A DNA stretch of 63,583 bases from Octopus bimaculoides. Lineage: Eukaryota. Position 1 is the first letter of the stretch. Every line of letters starts with the position of its first letter. Below are positions 1 to 13,627 of this stretch, piece by piece. The translations under genes were made by a program, and so were the position numbers. The stretch is from the NCBI RefSeq assembly GCF_001194135.2, contig NC_068992.1, positions 16,766,471 through 16,830,053 on the forward strand. The letters are read 5' to 3'. The notes beneath the pieces were generated by a model. It was given only the letters and a program-made list of their open reading frames with translations. It did not search any database and was not told the origin of the DNA.

Positions 1-74
1 TATATATATATATATATATATATACACGCACACTCATATATACAGATATCTAAATACATATATATACACACATA

Positions 75-112
<38 letters not shown>

Positions 113-801
113 GACACAAATATGTATGAAAGCATTCGTGTGTAAATCTGTATGTTGCAAGTTGTAAGTCTATGCATACGGATAGCCAAAAGTATGCACC
201 TACATAATCTTTTCCATAAAAGGCCATCACCTAAGGTGACATATACTGACACTTCTGCCATATACTAAACAGCCGAAATTTTATTTTTTAATTAAAATAG
301 GGTAATTATGCAAATTATAAATCTGTTTTCGTAGATAATACAAATAGGATGAAAGATTAAAATTTATTTTGGTTCATATTCACGTTTTGTATATTTTTGA
401 AAAGTGTTATGCTGTCATGAACGGCTCTCGTTCAGAAATGCTATATCCTTATCATCTGAGACGTTAACCACCTCCCGAGACTGTTGCGTGTTTTATGAGT
501 TGCTAGATGCACAGCCAGTGATATTCAATTTAACATCTATGATATGTTGTTATTGTATAATCATTAACAGACCAAATCAAACATACCTATGATGAAAGAC
601 ATTCTAACGGACTCCATTTAGTCGTCTTTATGCATCCCAAACAGCATTATCTAATAAAAGACACTTCTTTAACGTGATGTGTGAAAATTAAGGAAGAAAT
701 GCGTCCCGTAGAGGCTTTGTCACTCCGTGGCAGATAGTATTTGTATCGTTAAATTCATTGCTCCTAATCATCTTTAACAAAGAGTTTTGGAAACATCTCA
801 G

Positions 802-897
<96 letters not shown>
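802..897. repeat. (ATT)n microsatellite
   Basis: About 32 perfect units. Confidence 0.98.
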
Positions 898-899
<2 letters not shown>

Positions 900-1110
900 G
901 GCGGTGAGCTGGCAGAAGATTTAGCATGCCGGGCAAAATTCTTAGTGGTGTTTCGTCCATTTTCATGTTCTAAGTTCAAATTCTACCGAGGTCGACTTTG
1001 ACTTTCATCCTTTTGCAGTCGATGATACAAGTACCAGTTATGTACTGCGGTGTATATAGTCGACTATCTCCCTCCCCCAAAATTGCTGCCGTTGTGGCAA
1101 AATTAGAAGC
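898..1110 (+). mobile_element. tRNA-derived SINE family A
   Basis: aaggcggtgagctggcagaa head, gttcaaattc box B, gaggtcgactttg core, and (ATT)n on both sides. Confidence 0.85.
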
Positions 1111-1118
1111 TGCTGCTG

Positions 1119-1152
<34 letters not shown>

Positions 1153-1182
1153 CATTATTATTATTATTATTCTCGTTATTAT

Positions 1183-1390
1183 TAAGGCGGCAAGCTGACA
1201 GACTGGTTAGCACGCCGGGGAAAACTCTTAGCGGTATTTCGTTTATTTTCACGTTGTAGGTTCAATTTCGGCCGAGGTGGACTTTGACTTCCGTCCTTTT
1301 GGGGTTGATAAACATTGGGGTCGATGTAATCAAATCATCTCCTCCCCAAATTTCAGACCTTCTTCCTATAGTAGAAAGGAATATTATTAT
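1183..1390 (+). mobile_element. SINE family A (tandem second copy)
   Basis: Same head and core as 898-1110, ending gtagaaaggaatattatt. Confidence 0.85.
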
Positions 1391-2199
1391 TTTTGTTGTT
1401 GTTTATCACCAACACTAAACGTGTCACGAACACTCTGTTAGTCTTTTATTCGTTTTCATTCTCATAAGTCTATCAGTTTCGTTTTCTGTTTTGTTGTATA
1501 GTGTGTCTGAGCAAAAAATACTTTTATCTGCCCTAAGGGGCGAAATTTCGAAACGTAAATATTTCTTTTCGAAATATTGGAAAAGCATTTATATGGCATT
1601 GTATTTGTCGTGAAACGAAGAAGGGAAGTGTGGAGGTGGTTTTCATGGCGAAATTGTCTTTCGCAGTCAGTTCCACCTGACAAATATATGGACAAAGGTA
1701 GTAGCAGCAAGATCAGAAGCAACGATAAAAACACCAACATCAACAACATTACCATTATTAACACCGACTAAAACAACACCAACCAAAGCAACATTAACAA
1801 CCACAACAACAACAACGAACAATAGAAAGAGGAAAAATAACAAAATAAAAATTCTTCACACATAATACGTGCAAATTCAATCAACACCACCACCACTGCC
1901 ACCATTAACAGAGATACGGTCGCTGAATACGAAAATATCCACAAATCAAGCAGTGATAGTTTCACCGCTGGGGTGCATCAAGTACGAGAAAACGGTATGC
2001 TGTCAATGAATGAATTAAAATTGCAAGAAGCATGTTAAAAAGAAACGGAAGAAGGGTTTATCTTAACACATCCGAAAACATTGTAGAGGACAACAATACT
2101 GAGAAAAACAATAATCTACAAAACCATACGAATAACTATTTGTAAACTAGAAAAGGCGGCATAGCAAGAAATTGAATAATGTCTGAGAACAGTGTGGGA

Positions 2200-2990
2200 C
2201 ACGAAAACGTACGCTGCAAGGAGAAACGATAGGGCACTATAGTGGTGATATTTTCCGCAGAAGAGGCAAGGGATCATTTTAACTTTAAAAAATTAAAGTT
2301 TTGGTACTTATATACCTCGGCCATCGAGAAAATTAAAATTGGAGGCATACCACCAAAAATGGACATCTGTTGGCTGGTAGCAGCTGTCCTCTTGGACATC
2401 TGCTGGCTGATAGCAGCTGTCCTCTTGGACATCAAGGACAAAATAAATATTTTCCCGGTGCACAAACTACAAAAACAGATGTGACTGTGTGAAGGCATGG
2501 AGTTGTAGGCGCAGGGGGACGTTAAAAATTTCTTACATGACACTAATCTTCACTTGGCCGTTGAGGGCAGAAAGAGACGAGATATAACCTGTATGGGGAC
2601 CCCACATCAAACGAGAGAAGGTGATCCCAACTTTTGCCCGAGAGAAGGTGATCCCAACTTTTGCCGACACCAGATCAACAACAGCAACCGCACCAGGTGA
2701 CCACTGCATCTGCAAACACAGCAGTCACACCAACAACAACAACAATTACAGCAGCATCTACAGCAATAACAGCATGAACAACAACAGTGGAAGCAATATC
2801 AGTAAGCAAAACAGGAAACACACCAGCATCAATGATTTCCACATTCCAGGCAGCACTGAACAAAAAATGATGAGTCAAAATCCCCTAAAAGAACCCTTTT
2901 ATCAACCGAATTTCAGCAAAAGACATATCCGCCCCTTTTTCGGACCACTCAGCAATAAACGGCAAAAAAAAAAAATAAATAAATAAAATA
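2200..2990 (+). mobile_element. Degenerate non-LTR retrotransposon ORF1 (gag-like), possibly with an APE remnant
   Basis: GTIVVIFSAEEARDH..KIKIGGIPPKMDICWLVAAVL..LHLAVEGRK resembles cephalopod LINE ORF1 proteins (from recall, not searched). Followed by a Thr/Ala-rich tract, a PFSDHSAI motif, AATAAA and an A-rich tail at 2956-2990. Confidence 0.4.
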
Positions 2991-3000
2991 TCATACTCAT

Positions 3001-3286
3001 AGGCGCAGGAGTGGCTGTGTGGTAAGTAGCTTGCTTACCAACCACATGGTTCCAGGTTCAGTCACACTGCGTGGCACCTTCAGCAAGTGTCTTCTACTAT
3101 AGCCTCGGGCCGACAAAAGCCTTGTGAGTGGATTTGGTAGATGGAAACTGAAAGAAGCCCGTCGTACATATGTATATATATATATATATATATATATNNN
3201 NNNNNNNNNNNNNNNNNNNNNNNNNNNNNNNNNNNNNNNNNNNNNNNNNNNNNNNNNNNNNNNNNNNNNNNNNNNNNNNNNNNNNN

Positions 3287-3332
<46 letters not shown>

Positions 3333-3560
3333 TGTGTTTGTGTGTTTGTGTGTCTGTGTTTGTCCCCCCACCATGGCTTGACAACCGATGCTGGTGTGTT
3401 TACGTCCCCGTAACTTAGCGGTTCGGCAAAAAGAGTCCGAAAGAATAAGTACTAGGCTTACAAAGAATAACTCTTGGAGTCGATTTTCTCGACTAAAGGC
3501 GGTGCTCCAGCATGGCTGCAGTCAAAATGACTGAGACAATAAAAAGAGTAAAAGAGTAAA
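3001..3560 (+). mobile_element. SINE family B with internal (TA)n/(TG)n microsatellite
   Basis: ggcgcaggagtggctgtgtggtaag head, ggttcagtc box B, ...ggcggtgctccagcatggc... and a gtaaaaga tail. Gap at 3198-3286 lies inside the microsatellite. Confidence 0.9.
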
Positions 3561-4144
3561 GAGAGTATAGCAGCACAAAAAAAAAACTGGCGTGTGTGTG
3601 ATCCTCTTTTATTTGTGACCTGATATTTTTTGGATGATTTTTACGGGCAAAAAATAAATCACCTACTTGATGGTCCAACGCAAGTATATATTGTGAAGAA
3701 TATTGGATGTTTGTGTTTCTTAAACCTGTGTCTGTCACCGCTATATAAATAGACTATGTTGTTAATTTACAGAAATCGTTCTTCTGAACGATATGTAGAA
3801 ATGTGCAACTAGTTTTGACGCGTCTCGTCTTTCAAAGAGTGTTTATCCAAAGGTTTTTCAACAAAATGAATGAGTATCTAACAGCTACTTATGGAAAACA
3901 AACTAGGACTAACAGGCACCAATACTACTCAGTCGAGAATCATTGCATTCAGTAAAAAATACGTATTAAATAACTAAAGCACTGGAACAGATTATGTGCG
4001 TGAATATATTGACATTAGGCGCCTTAAAGACATCCTTCAGATCAGTGAATCGATTATTACTTCCATTTCCTGAGAACACGTTCATTGTTCTTACTATATT
4101 ATCAGCCAGCTAAATGCTCTTGTTTTTATTCTTGCTGGTGTTGC

Positions 4145-4146
<2 letters not shown>

Positions 4147-4231
<85 letters not shown>

Positions 4232-4232
4232 C
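4147..4232. repeat. (TAT)n microsatellite
   Basis: Read directly from the sequence. Confidence 0.97.
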
Positions 4233-4677
4233 ATTATTCAGTAGTTTTATTTTTATAACGTGCTTTCACTTCACTACCGAGCGCAGCTCTGTGTGTCTTG
4301 GGTATGTGCTGTGGTTTGCTGTGATGCTCTTATGGTTACTGTATTGAAANNNNNNNNNNNNNNNNNNNNNNNNNNNNNNNNNNNNNNNNNNNNNNNNNNN
4401 NNNNNNNNNNNNNNNNNNNNNNNNNNNNNNNNNNNNNNNNNNNNNNNNNNNNNNNNNNNNNNNNNNNNNNNNNNNNNNNNNNNNNNNNNNNNNNNNNNNN
4501 NNNNNNNNNNNNNNNNNNNNNNNNNNNNNNNNNNNNNNNNNNNNNNNNNNNNNNNNNNNNNNNNNNNNNNNNNNNNNNNNNNNNNNNNNNNNNNNNNNNN
4601 NNNNNNNNNNNNNNNNNNNNNNNNNNNNNNNNNNNNNNNNNNNNNNNNNNNNNNNNNNNNNNNNNNNNNNNNNNNNN

Positions 4678-4720
<43 letters not shown>

Positions 4721-5119
4721 ATATATATATATATATATGTATATGTATATATATCTGTACACATATATATATGTGTGTGTGTGTGCATCAATATATGTTT
4801 GCGAGAGTGCGCGTTTGATTCAATGTCACCCTGTTTGTGTATCTCTGTTGCCAGGGAGAGGTGAATGGATAATTTCCTCGTGGAATATCTAAATTAGAGA
4901 AGCGCAGTTCTATCATAATATTTGTCACATTATGAACCATCAGACAAGTTTCAGATGCAAAAAAAAACAAAAAAAAACCACCAAAAATAATTACTTTCTG
5001 TTTTGTGATGAACGAGAAAAACAATTTATTTTTATTAAAACATTACGATCACGTAACTATAGTAATCACACGTTGAACCTTACATAATGTATGTTTTATA
5101 ATACTGCAACAACAACCGC

Positions 5120-5205
<86 letters not shown>
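5120..5205. repeat. (AAT)n microsatellite
   Basis: Read directly from the sequence. Confidence 0.97.
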
Positions 5206-7356
5206 TAACAACAACAATGATTTTCTCACAGACAGAAAATCATATGTCTGTCTCTGTTATTCTCTCTTTGTCTCTTTCTCTAGTCAGAGCACGATGCCTC
5301 CAGAGAATACCCAGGTTATTCTGGTGCGCAATATATACCGTTATTATTTCATCTTCTTTTCCATGCAATAAATGTACGAAATTAAATTGGTTACAGCCAA
5401 TGATGTTATGCAGTAATTTTTTTTTTGTTTTTTAATACTTACTGCGGAGTTGATCGTTGCTCTTTGTTTTTGCTTTGATTTTTCTTTCTTTTTTTTTCGT
5501 TATTTTCCCCAGTACGGCTCTGACAGGCAATCGCGTCTCCTGAATATCTAAATCTACTGAACAAACAGACCAATGCCTATTTCGTCTCTTAATGTGGTAG
5601 CGTTGTTATTTGATCAATATTTCATTTTTTATCTTTTTACTTGCTACGATCGATGGACCAAGACCATGCTAGGTTGCCGCCTTGAATTGTTTTACTCAAA
5701 CACATCGGCACCAGTACTTCATTATTTCAAGTAACTGTTCACAACCGATGTCTTTGTGAATGGGAGGAGTACATACGATTTCATTGCTAAATTTTATGTG
5801 CAATAAATTGGTTAAGCTTCTATATATACTTCTATAATTTTAACAAATTTTAATATAATTTCTTACAATATTTAATTGTAAAAATATAATAGGACTTCTT
5901 TTAATATCAAACAGCTATAATGGTCCAGGAGAGTAGAATAGGTATCAAAAGGGGCCAAATATATAAAAGTCTCCTATTAATTCTATGGGATTCTTATTGC
6001 CGAACCACCGTTTTAAGGAGAAGCAAGTCCGAAACATTTAAACAAACTCANNNNNNNNNNNNNNNNNNNNNNNNNNNNNNNNNNNNNNNNNNNNNNNNNN
6101 NNNNNNNNNNNNNNNNNNNNNNNNNNNNNNNNNNNNNNNNNNNNNNNNNNNNNNNNNNNNNNNNNNNNNNNNNNNNNNNNNNNNNNNNNNNNNNNNNNNN
6201 NNNNNNNNNNNNNNNNNNNNNNNNNNNNNNNNNNNNNNNNNNNNNNNNNNNNNNNNNNNNNNNNNNNNNNNNNNNNNNNNNNNNNNNNNNNNNNNNNNNN
6301 NNNNNNNNNNNNNNNNNNNNNNNNNNNNNNNNNNNNNNNNNNNNNNNNNNNNNNNNNNNNNNNNNNNNNNNNNNNNNNNNNNNNNNNNNNNNNNNNNNNN
6401 NNNNNNNNNNNNNNNNNNNNNNNNNNNNNNNNNNNNNNNNNNNNNNNNNNNNNNNNNNNNNNNNNNNNNNNNNNNNNNNNNNNNNNNNNNNNNNNNNNNN
6501 NNNNNNNNNNNNNNNNNNNNNNNNNNNNNNNNNNNNNNNNNNNNNNNNNNNNNNNNNNNNNNNNNNNNNNNNNNNNNNNNNNNNNNNNNNNNNNNNNNNN
6601 NNNNNNNNNNNNNNNNNNNNNNNNNNNNNNNNNNNNNNNNNNNNNNNNNNNNNNNNNNNNNNNNNNNNNNNNNNNNNNNNNNNNNNNNNNNNNNNNNNNN
6701 NNNNNNNNNNNNNNNNNNNNNNNNNNNNNNNNNNNNNNNNNNNNNNNNNNNNNNNNNNNNNNNTTATTGCAACGCTAGATATATCAACGAGGAGAAGTGG
6801 ACAACTTCACGCACGCACTTCTTCAAACTTTGAAAATTACAAACTTTTGAAAATTCCACGGAATGCGTTTCCGTGTTTCTTTACCCAATCCTGGTATCCC
6901 TTGAGTCAATTGTGAATATCGTCTCAAAAATTTCCCCAGTTGTGGTTATTAGAAAAGAAGTAGCATTGCACACGTTCCTGCAAGGACTGAGAACAAACAT
7001 TTCTCTGCAACCCAACTGCCCCTGCTCTTGTCCAAATACTTCAGGATAGTGGATAGTGGTTTCGTGCGGCAGTAAATTTTCTGAAAGGCCGATGAAAATT
7101 TTGTTACAGAAAGTTTCCTTGTTCTACTCTTCATTTCTTGTATATAGTTGCCATAACAAGAATAACACAGCTTCCAATGATTTGAAGAACGTTTAGAGAT
7201 ATTAGAAATGCACTATTTAAGCCTCGGCATTGTGTCCTACTTCTGAAGCATAAAAATTATGTATTTTCCATTTCGACACGGGTCTTTTTTACAACCAATC
7301 TTGTTCACGTCTTCACACAACGTTCTTTTGACGAAGAAACATATCAGTAGTGGCAT

Positions 7357-7466
7357 TGTCGTCATCATCATTAACATCATCACCATCATTATCATCGTCG
7401 TCATCATCATCATCGTCATCGTCGTCATTATCATCGTCGTCATCATCATCATCAGCAGCATCATCG
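7357..7466. repeat. (CAT/CGT)n degenerate trinucleotide repeat
   Basis: Read directly from the sequence. Confidence 0.9.
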
Positions 7467-8188
7467 TTTTATTGTTATTGTCGCTGCTACTATTTTCCGA
7501 TTCATTATTACAATTTCAGGCTGGCAAGGCGTACTTCATAACGCTTTTGGTTCTCGGATTTTTCTATCTGTGTCAATTTGATTTTGATTCATAGAACTCT
7601 AACATATTGTTTCAATATTTTTAACCCAAATTATCTGAATAATTTTTCCAAACTTCGTTTGATTTTTGTGTTTATTTTTATCTGACATACAGCACAACAA
7701 GTCGAGGATAATACTCCCCGCCAGCATAAACAAAGACAGTGTGCGGAAAATATAAAATCAGAAGCTAAATGGACAGCAATATTGCAAAACAAGGTATTAA
7801 CATTTTGAAAAGAAATATGTTTGTGCTATTTTAGAGCAAATGTCAGCGCTTTTGTCAAGTGGCTTAACTATTACCACAGCTACTCGGCAAAAGCAACAAC
7901 AACGCATGGCTCTGAGAACACAGCTTTCCAAATATCTCGTCAGAAAATGTTTTTCTTATACACGTTCTTCACAGAGAAACAAGGGTGACAGCGTGTATCA
8001 CGTTGAACTCTCTATAGCGTTGCCCGAATTGTTTGAGAGGGAAAACATGGTTCATATGACATATGTTACGTCGCGGTGTATTGGGGATGTTTTTATATGC
8101 CCCCTAATGACGAGTTAAAATGGGCTCTGGCTGATGTATGAGAAATATCACGGTCCTCTGGAAAGTCTGAGAGAGGAAAAGGAGGAAT

Positions 8189-8237
<49 letters not shown>

Positions 8238-8352
8238 ATGATGGATAGTAACTTGTTCTGAAACAGGAACGAATGATGGAGGTTACTGCATCGAAATTCA
8301 AAAGTTCAGAAATCAGTTTTTCGTCTACCGAACATTCCCTGTCTAGCCAAAA

Positions 8353-8367
8353 TTATTATTATTATTA

Positions 8368-8444
<77 letters not shown>

Positions 8445-8855
8445 TTACTTCTCAGAGCTCTCGATTTCATTTTCTCTGGCTACTTCCATATGAGCGGCCA
8501 AAAACCCTTTATCAGGGATCATGTGGGGGCTTATTCCACAATATTTAACATCTAATTACCAGCCTCAAAATCGTCGCTGATCTCAATTAGGCGTTTTTTT
8601 TGTGAGCATGTTCTACACTCATGCAGATTCCAATTTCTGAAACGAATTTCTCAAACCAGATTCTAAATGCTCTCAATGCTCCTACAACTACTGAGATGTC
8701 GGTTACTTTCGGCATTGCCCACATTCGTGTAATATCGTTTTTTAGCGGTTTGTACTTCTCAATATTGAACTATTCTTTATCATTTATTCCGACATCCCTA
8801 GTCATGGCGATATATATGATCATAGTTTCATTCATTATTGTTTTTTAACAACAAC
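8353..8855 (-). mobile_element. 3' end of a REL-endonuclease (R4/Dong-like) non-LTR retrotransposon with (AAT)n tail
   Basis: Minus frame MIIYIAMTRDVGINDKE*FNIEKYKPLKNDITRMWAMPKVTDISVVVGALRAF matches the REL C-terminus (D..EK..KY..L..EI..LW...V..VVVGALG). Then a 3' UTR and an (AAT)n tail at 8353-8444. Confidence 0.75.
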
Positions 8856-10579
8856 AATGTCTGGCCTCTGACATTAATCGCTAAATTACACCAGATTTTA
8901 AAATTGAAAAGATCTTACAATTATTAATTTCGGTGCCACCCTCTGCTTTACACTTGCATCATTTAAATGCCTTAACTATGCACACACTCAGGCACATCAA
9001 CATTTTCTGCAAAAATGCAGAAATAAATGCTTATTGAATTATCGTATTGCAGAATATGTGTACGACACTATTTTTGATTGAAAAAACTTAACTAGTAGAA
9101 CCTACGTCTTCCAAGTTATGCTCAGTTGAAGAATTCAATTTACTATTGTAAACGAACGAAACACTTGTCAACATTATAGTGACAGCTCATATAATATTTA
9201 GAGCAGCAATCATTTATTTATTTTTTTTTTTTGTCTACAGAGCCGTTCCCACGCAGGTGATTTTAGCAGCCATGTGTATGTGTAGCTTTGCTAAAACAAC
9301 TGTGGGAAGCTTATTATACAATACATTGATATGGCCTTCTGACATCCACCTCTGAAGTATATTCCATGCAATTTGCGCAGTTCTCAAAGTAATGTCAGTT
9401 AAAATATGGAAAATATAGAATTATCTCAATCACAAGATGAATATGCAGTATAAAATACATTTTCAGTAATAAAACCAGAGTGGATAGTTCGATATATCTC
9501 GCCAGCCTTTAAGAGGTTGAAATGAACTATATCGACTGTTAACACCTGGTATCTACATCCAACGTTAGCACCAGATATTGAGACCTTCATCTTACACTTG
9601 ACTTGCAGGAAACGAATATTTACACCACAAAGTATATATCGTAACCTATATTTTAGGTACTTTACTGAAGACCTTTTCACCTACCTTGCCAACTCTACCC
9701 CATTCTCGATTTATTTATAGTTATCATAGAATAGTCCAAACTCCATGTTGGAAACTTGAACTTGCCACTCTAAGAATCAAGAACAATACACAGATCAAGC
9801 GAGTCACCCACATACAGAAGGAACACATAAGCTGAGTCATGTTTAAAAGCACTCATGACTCGCTTACCATACGTTCTAGTGAAACTAGAGTCAGCCAAAG
9901 GTGATTTCACATATTTTCTGCGTTAGACAGCCGGACTACATAAAGAAAAAAGTGTGATTAACAATTTACTCTTTCAAAAGACAGGAACTGTTACACAGTA
10001 TTTCATTAATCTACTGGGACACATCAAACACTGTAAATAAGAAATGTAATAGTTTTAATTGTCTCATAAACAAATGGTGGCCTGTAAACTGCAGACACAT
10101 TTTTGATAACTTTTGGACAGTTTTTGTGCGAAAGTAATAAAATAAGCGCAATTACTTATATTTATGCTCAAATATTTTGAAGACAAACGAATAAGATGAG
10201 GCAAAATTTACTATGGAATACGGTAACTTTAGATTTCTTATCTCTTTTCTATTTAGTGGAATAATATGTCATTTGTTATTTACTTTTTACTGTTATTTAT
10301 GACAAAAACGTATACTGCATATGAGAAGTAACTATATTTCCAGTTAGTATTAATGAAATTTAATACGAGGTTTGCCTAGGCATACAGGAATGTATATACA
10401 TGCACTTCCGATTATTATAATATTCAAAGTTTAAACATAATGAAAACCACACTATTATTCTTTAAAACATGTAAGCATCCTTTTTTATATTAACCAATTC
10501 ACCTACTTATCGATTCAACTGAAACATCAGTGACACTCCGTGAATATTATATATAGTTACTAGAGTGAAAGCGTGACGT

Positions 10580-10952
10580 GACGTGAGGTTGGCACTCTGT
10601 CGCGTACGACGACGGGGGTTCAATTTGTTCCGATCAACGGAACAGCCTGCTCGTGAAATTAACTTGCAAGTGGCTGAGCACTCCACAGACACGTGTACCC
10701 TTAGCGTAGTTCTCGGGGATATTCAGCGTGACACAGTGTGACAAGGCTGACCCCTTTGAATTACAGGCACAACAGAAACAGGAAGTAAGAGTGAGAGAAT
10801 ACAGCTGGGTTCGCCACCATCCCCTGCCGGAGCCTCGTGGAGTTTTAGGTGTTTTCGCTCAAGAAACACTCACAACGTCCGGTCTGGGAATCGAAACCGT
10901 GATCCTATGACCGCGCGTCTGCTGCCCTAACCACTGGGTTATTGCGCCTCCA
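10580..10952 (-). mobile_element. SINE family C
   Basis: Reverse complement of 54275-54660: ggaggcgcaataacccagtggttagggcag head and gagaactacgctaagggtacacgtgtctgtggagtgctcagcc core. Confidence 0.9.
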
Positions 10953-12247
10953 AACTAGAGTGACAGCATGGAGATGTGAAAAGGCAGAAACGACAGTAAT
11001 CATTGTCTCCCTTGGATGTTCCAGTAAGGCATAAAAGCTATCAAAACTGGCCGGGAAATTATGATAAATTTTTCGAAAAGTCCCAAATAGAGATCGCTGA
11101 AAATAAAATCATATTCATGGTTTTCTATTCCATTACAATAATAAACATTTTAGTTTTTCTGAAACTATAGTATCAAATGAGAATGTGTATAAGATATCAA
11201 TGAATGATTTTGCTGGGAAATGCAAAAAAAAAAAAAGAGAAAATAAAAGTCATTTTCAAAACAGATAATATTTTTGTAGTTCAAAAATTGCGTTTTGTGA
11301 CATAAAATGTCCTGTAGAATTAGCAAGAGCTAATAATCAGTAACTTCAACTGATAAATATTGTTAAACACACCTCTGCCAATGCAATTCGCATAAGCAAT
11401 TCACTTTAAATGCAACGAACAACCAGCCGTGAGACTGTTCTTAGCAGATCCCCAAATAGGGTTCATGAATATACTTGTCAGGAAAAACAGAAGAGCCATA
11501 TTATACAGAAACAGTTGCCTTATATTTTAAATGTTTCTCTTACTTAATAAAAAAAAACTGTGATTTTTCCATAATATTCTATGAAAGTATAATGCAATGC
11601 ATATCAACACAACTTCCAGTTTTCTTATTCATGAACAAAAAATTAGAAATGAGTTTATCATGTAAAGTTTTCTGAACGAATTGAATTTCCGATATTAAAA
11701 TCTCAAGACATTGTTCAAATATTTTCGGGTTTTATTCAACGGAAACTAAGTAAAAAAAAAAAATTTCAAAATAATTTTTTTTTAAAATCTATCATTACAA
11801 ATATAAANNNNNNNNNNNNNNNNNNNNNNNNNNNNNNNNNNNNNNNNNNNNNNNNNNNNNNNNNNNNNNNNNNNNNNNNNNNNNNNNNNNNNNNNNNNNN
11901 NNNNNNNNNNNNNNNNNNNNNNNNNNNNNNNNNNNNNNNNNNNNNNNNNNNNNNNNNNNNNNNNNNNNNNNNNNNNNNNNNNNNNNNNNNNNNNNNNNNN
12001 NNNNNNNNNNNNNNNNNNNNNNNNNNNNNNNNNNNNNNNNNNNNNNNNNNNNNNNNNNNNNNNNNNNNNNNNNNNNNNNNNNNNNNNNNNNNNNNNNNNN
12101 NNNNNNNNNNNNNNNNNNNNNNNNNNNNNNNNNNNNNNNNNNNNNNNNNNNNNNNNNNNNNNNNNNNNNNNNNNNNNNNNNNNNNNNNNNNNNNNNNNNN
12201 NNNNNNNNNNNNNNNNNNNNNNNNNNNNNNNNNNNNNNNNNNNNNNN

Positions 12248-12281
<34 letters not shown>

Positions 12282-13627
12282 TATATATATATGTATGTAT
12301 ATATCTGTATATATGTGCACGCACTCATACAGACACAGGCATAGACACTCACATACATATAACATGTCTACACTTTAATATTGAATTTTCAAATATAAAA
12401 GAGCAATGCAATGTAAAATGGAATGCTACCGAAATATTTTAGTAGGAAAGCTGTCGTTTTTTTTGGCATAGGGTCAAAAGTTCATTGAGACATAACTGTG
12501 AGGGAATAAAGAAGAATGACAAAAATTACTACATTCCAATGTGACCCCTAACATATAAGAAAGTGTTTAGGAAGACTATATTATCTATCAAAGGAATATA
12601 TCTCGTACGTTTACGCTTTCAAAACTGTAATGCTTCTAGCGATACAGTAAATCCAAGTGTGGATATTGTTTAACTCTAAATTGATTGAAACGTTATCTTA
12701 GTTGTCAAACGAAGGTTATATGAACTGGATTGAAAAGATATAAGAATTTGGAAGAAATGAATTTTTCACCGGAAATGATGGAATATCGCAGCATGAAACT
12801 GATAGTGTAGTTCATAATAAATGTAGATTATTATTTTTCGTTTTTTTCTTTTTTTTTCTTTTTTTCAAAAATTGACACACTAAGGAATGCATGGCTATGT
12901 AGTTTTGAACGAAGAGGACTATATATATAAAAAAAAAGTGAGTTTTGTAATATGTCGATCATCCTGAATAACGATAATCTCTAAAAGCGGCAATAAAAAT
13001 TTATTTTTCAACAATTTCAATACCTTATTCAATGAAGTAGGTTCTGCGAAATACGGTATTTCACTACCAAATCTGAGATTGATACAGATAGTGTTTAATT
13101 TAAACATTTATACGCTCGATGAAGAAAACAACCAGGCTAATATAATACTTGTGGGAGTCATGGATGTGATAGAGAATCTGAATAATGGAGAAAATATGGG
13201 TGGGCTGTCGTTCTTCTGTTAAGAAGCTATGATATAAGCTATATTACAAACGCGCGTGTCGTTATTTTAGCGACAACGCGAGAAAACCAAACAATTTTGA
13301 TTTGGAGATTACAACGTTTTATTCAGTGAAACGGGTGAGCTATTATAAAAATGGCCAAGCAAGTTTGTTTCACTAGCTTATGTATGTGAGAAATGCTCCA
13401 ATATACCATTTACCTGAGCTTTTAGGAAGTTTATCAACTTATCAAACTTATATTACTGCGGGGATTTTGTCAGTGTATATGAAATATTGTGTGCTTCAAG
13501 AACGATGTATTTAGTTTGCCAATGTGTAAGACTAGAGTGAGGACGAGTATATATATTTGAGTGATTGAAACACATCTAAATAAGAATGTAATGAAAAGAA
13601 TGCGGAACATTGGTAATTAGTGTACAT

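Noticed and set aside
160-262. YMSP*VMAFYGKDY resembling kinase subdomain VIII (YMxPE)
   Set aside because: A stop codon sits at the Glu position, there is no downstream DxWSxG, and no supporting splice frame.
1518-1657. RQFRHEN peptide on the minus strand with the right spacing to follow EVNYF (kinase subdomain III/IV)
   Set aside because: Poor acceptor (gactgcgaaag), and the following residues HLHTSLL lack the hydrophobic IVxLLG pattern. Probably chance.
6765-7140. Coding-like block after the gap
   Set aside because: No recognisable motif in any of the six frames. Left unannotated.
9426-9700. KVGEKVFSKVPK.. integrase/KRAB-associated transposase-like peptide
   Set aside because: Too short and interrupted to support a call without a search.
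9866-9935. Minus-strand segment with good acceptor and gtaagc donor; PLADSSFTRTYG loosely like LADFGxxRxY
   Set aside because: All three frames from the strong acceptor contain stops, and there is no DFG.
12967-13222. Plus ORF IVFNLNIYTLDEENNQ.. superficially like a nicotinic/chemotactile receptor beta-strand
   Set aside because: Lacks the W-x-D-x-x-L-x-W motif and the Cys-loop, and has no convincing splice boundaries.
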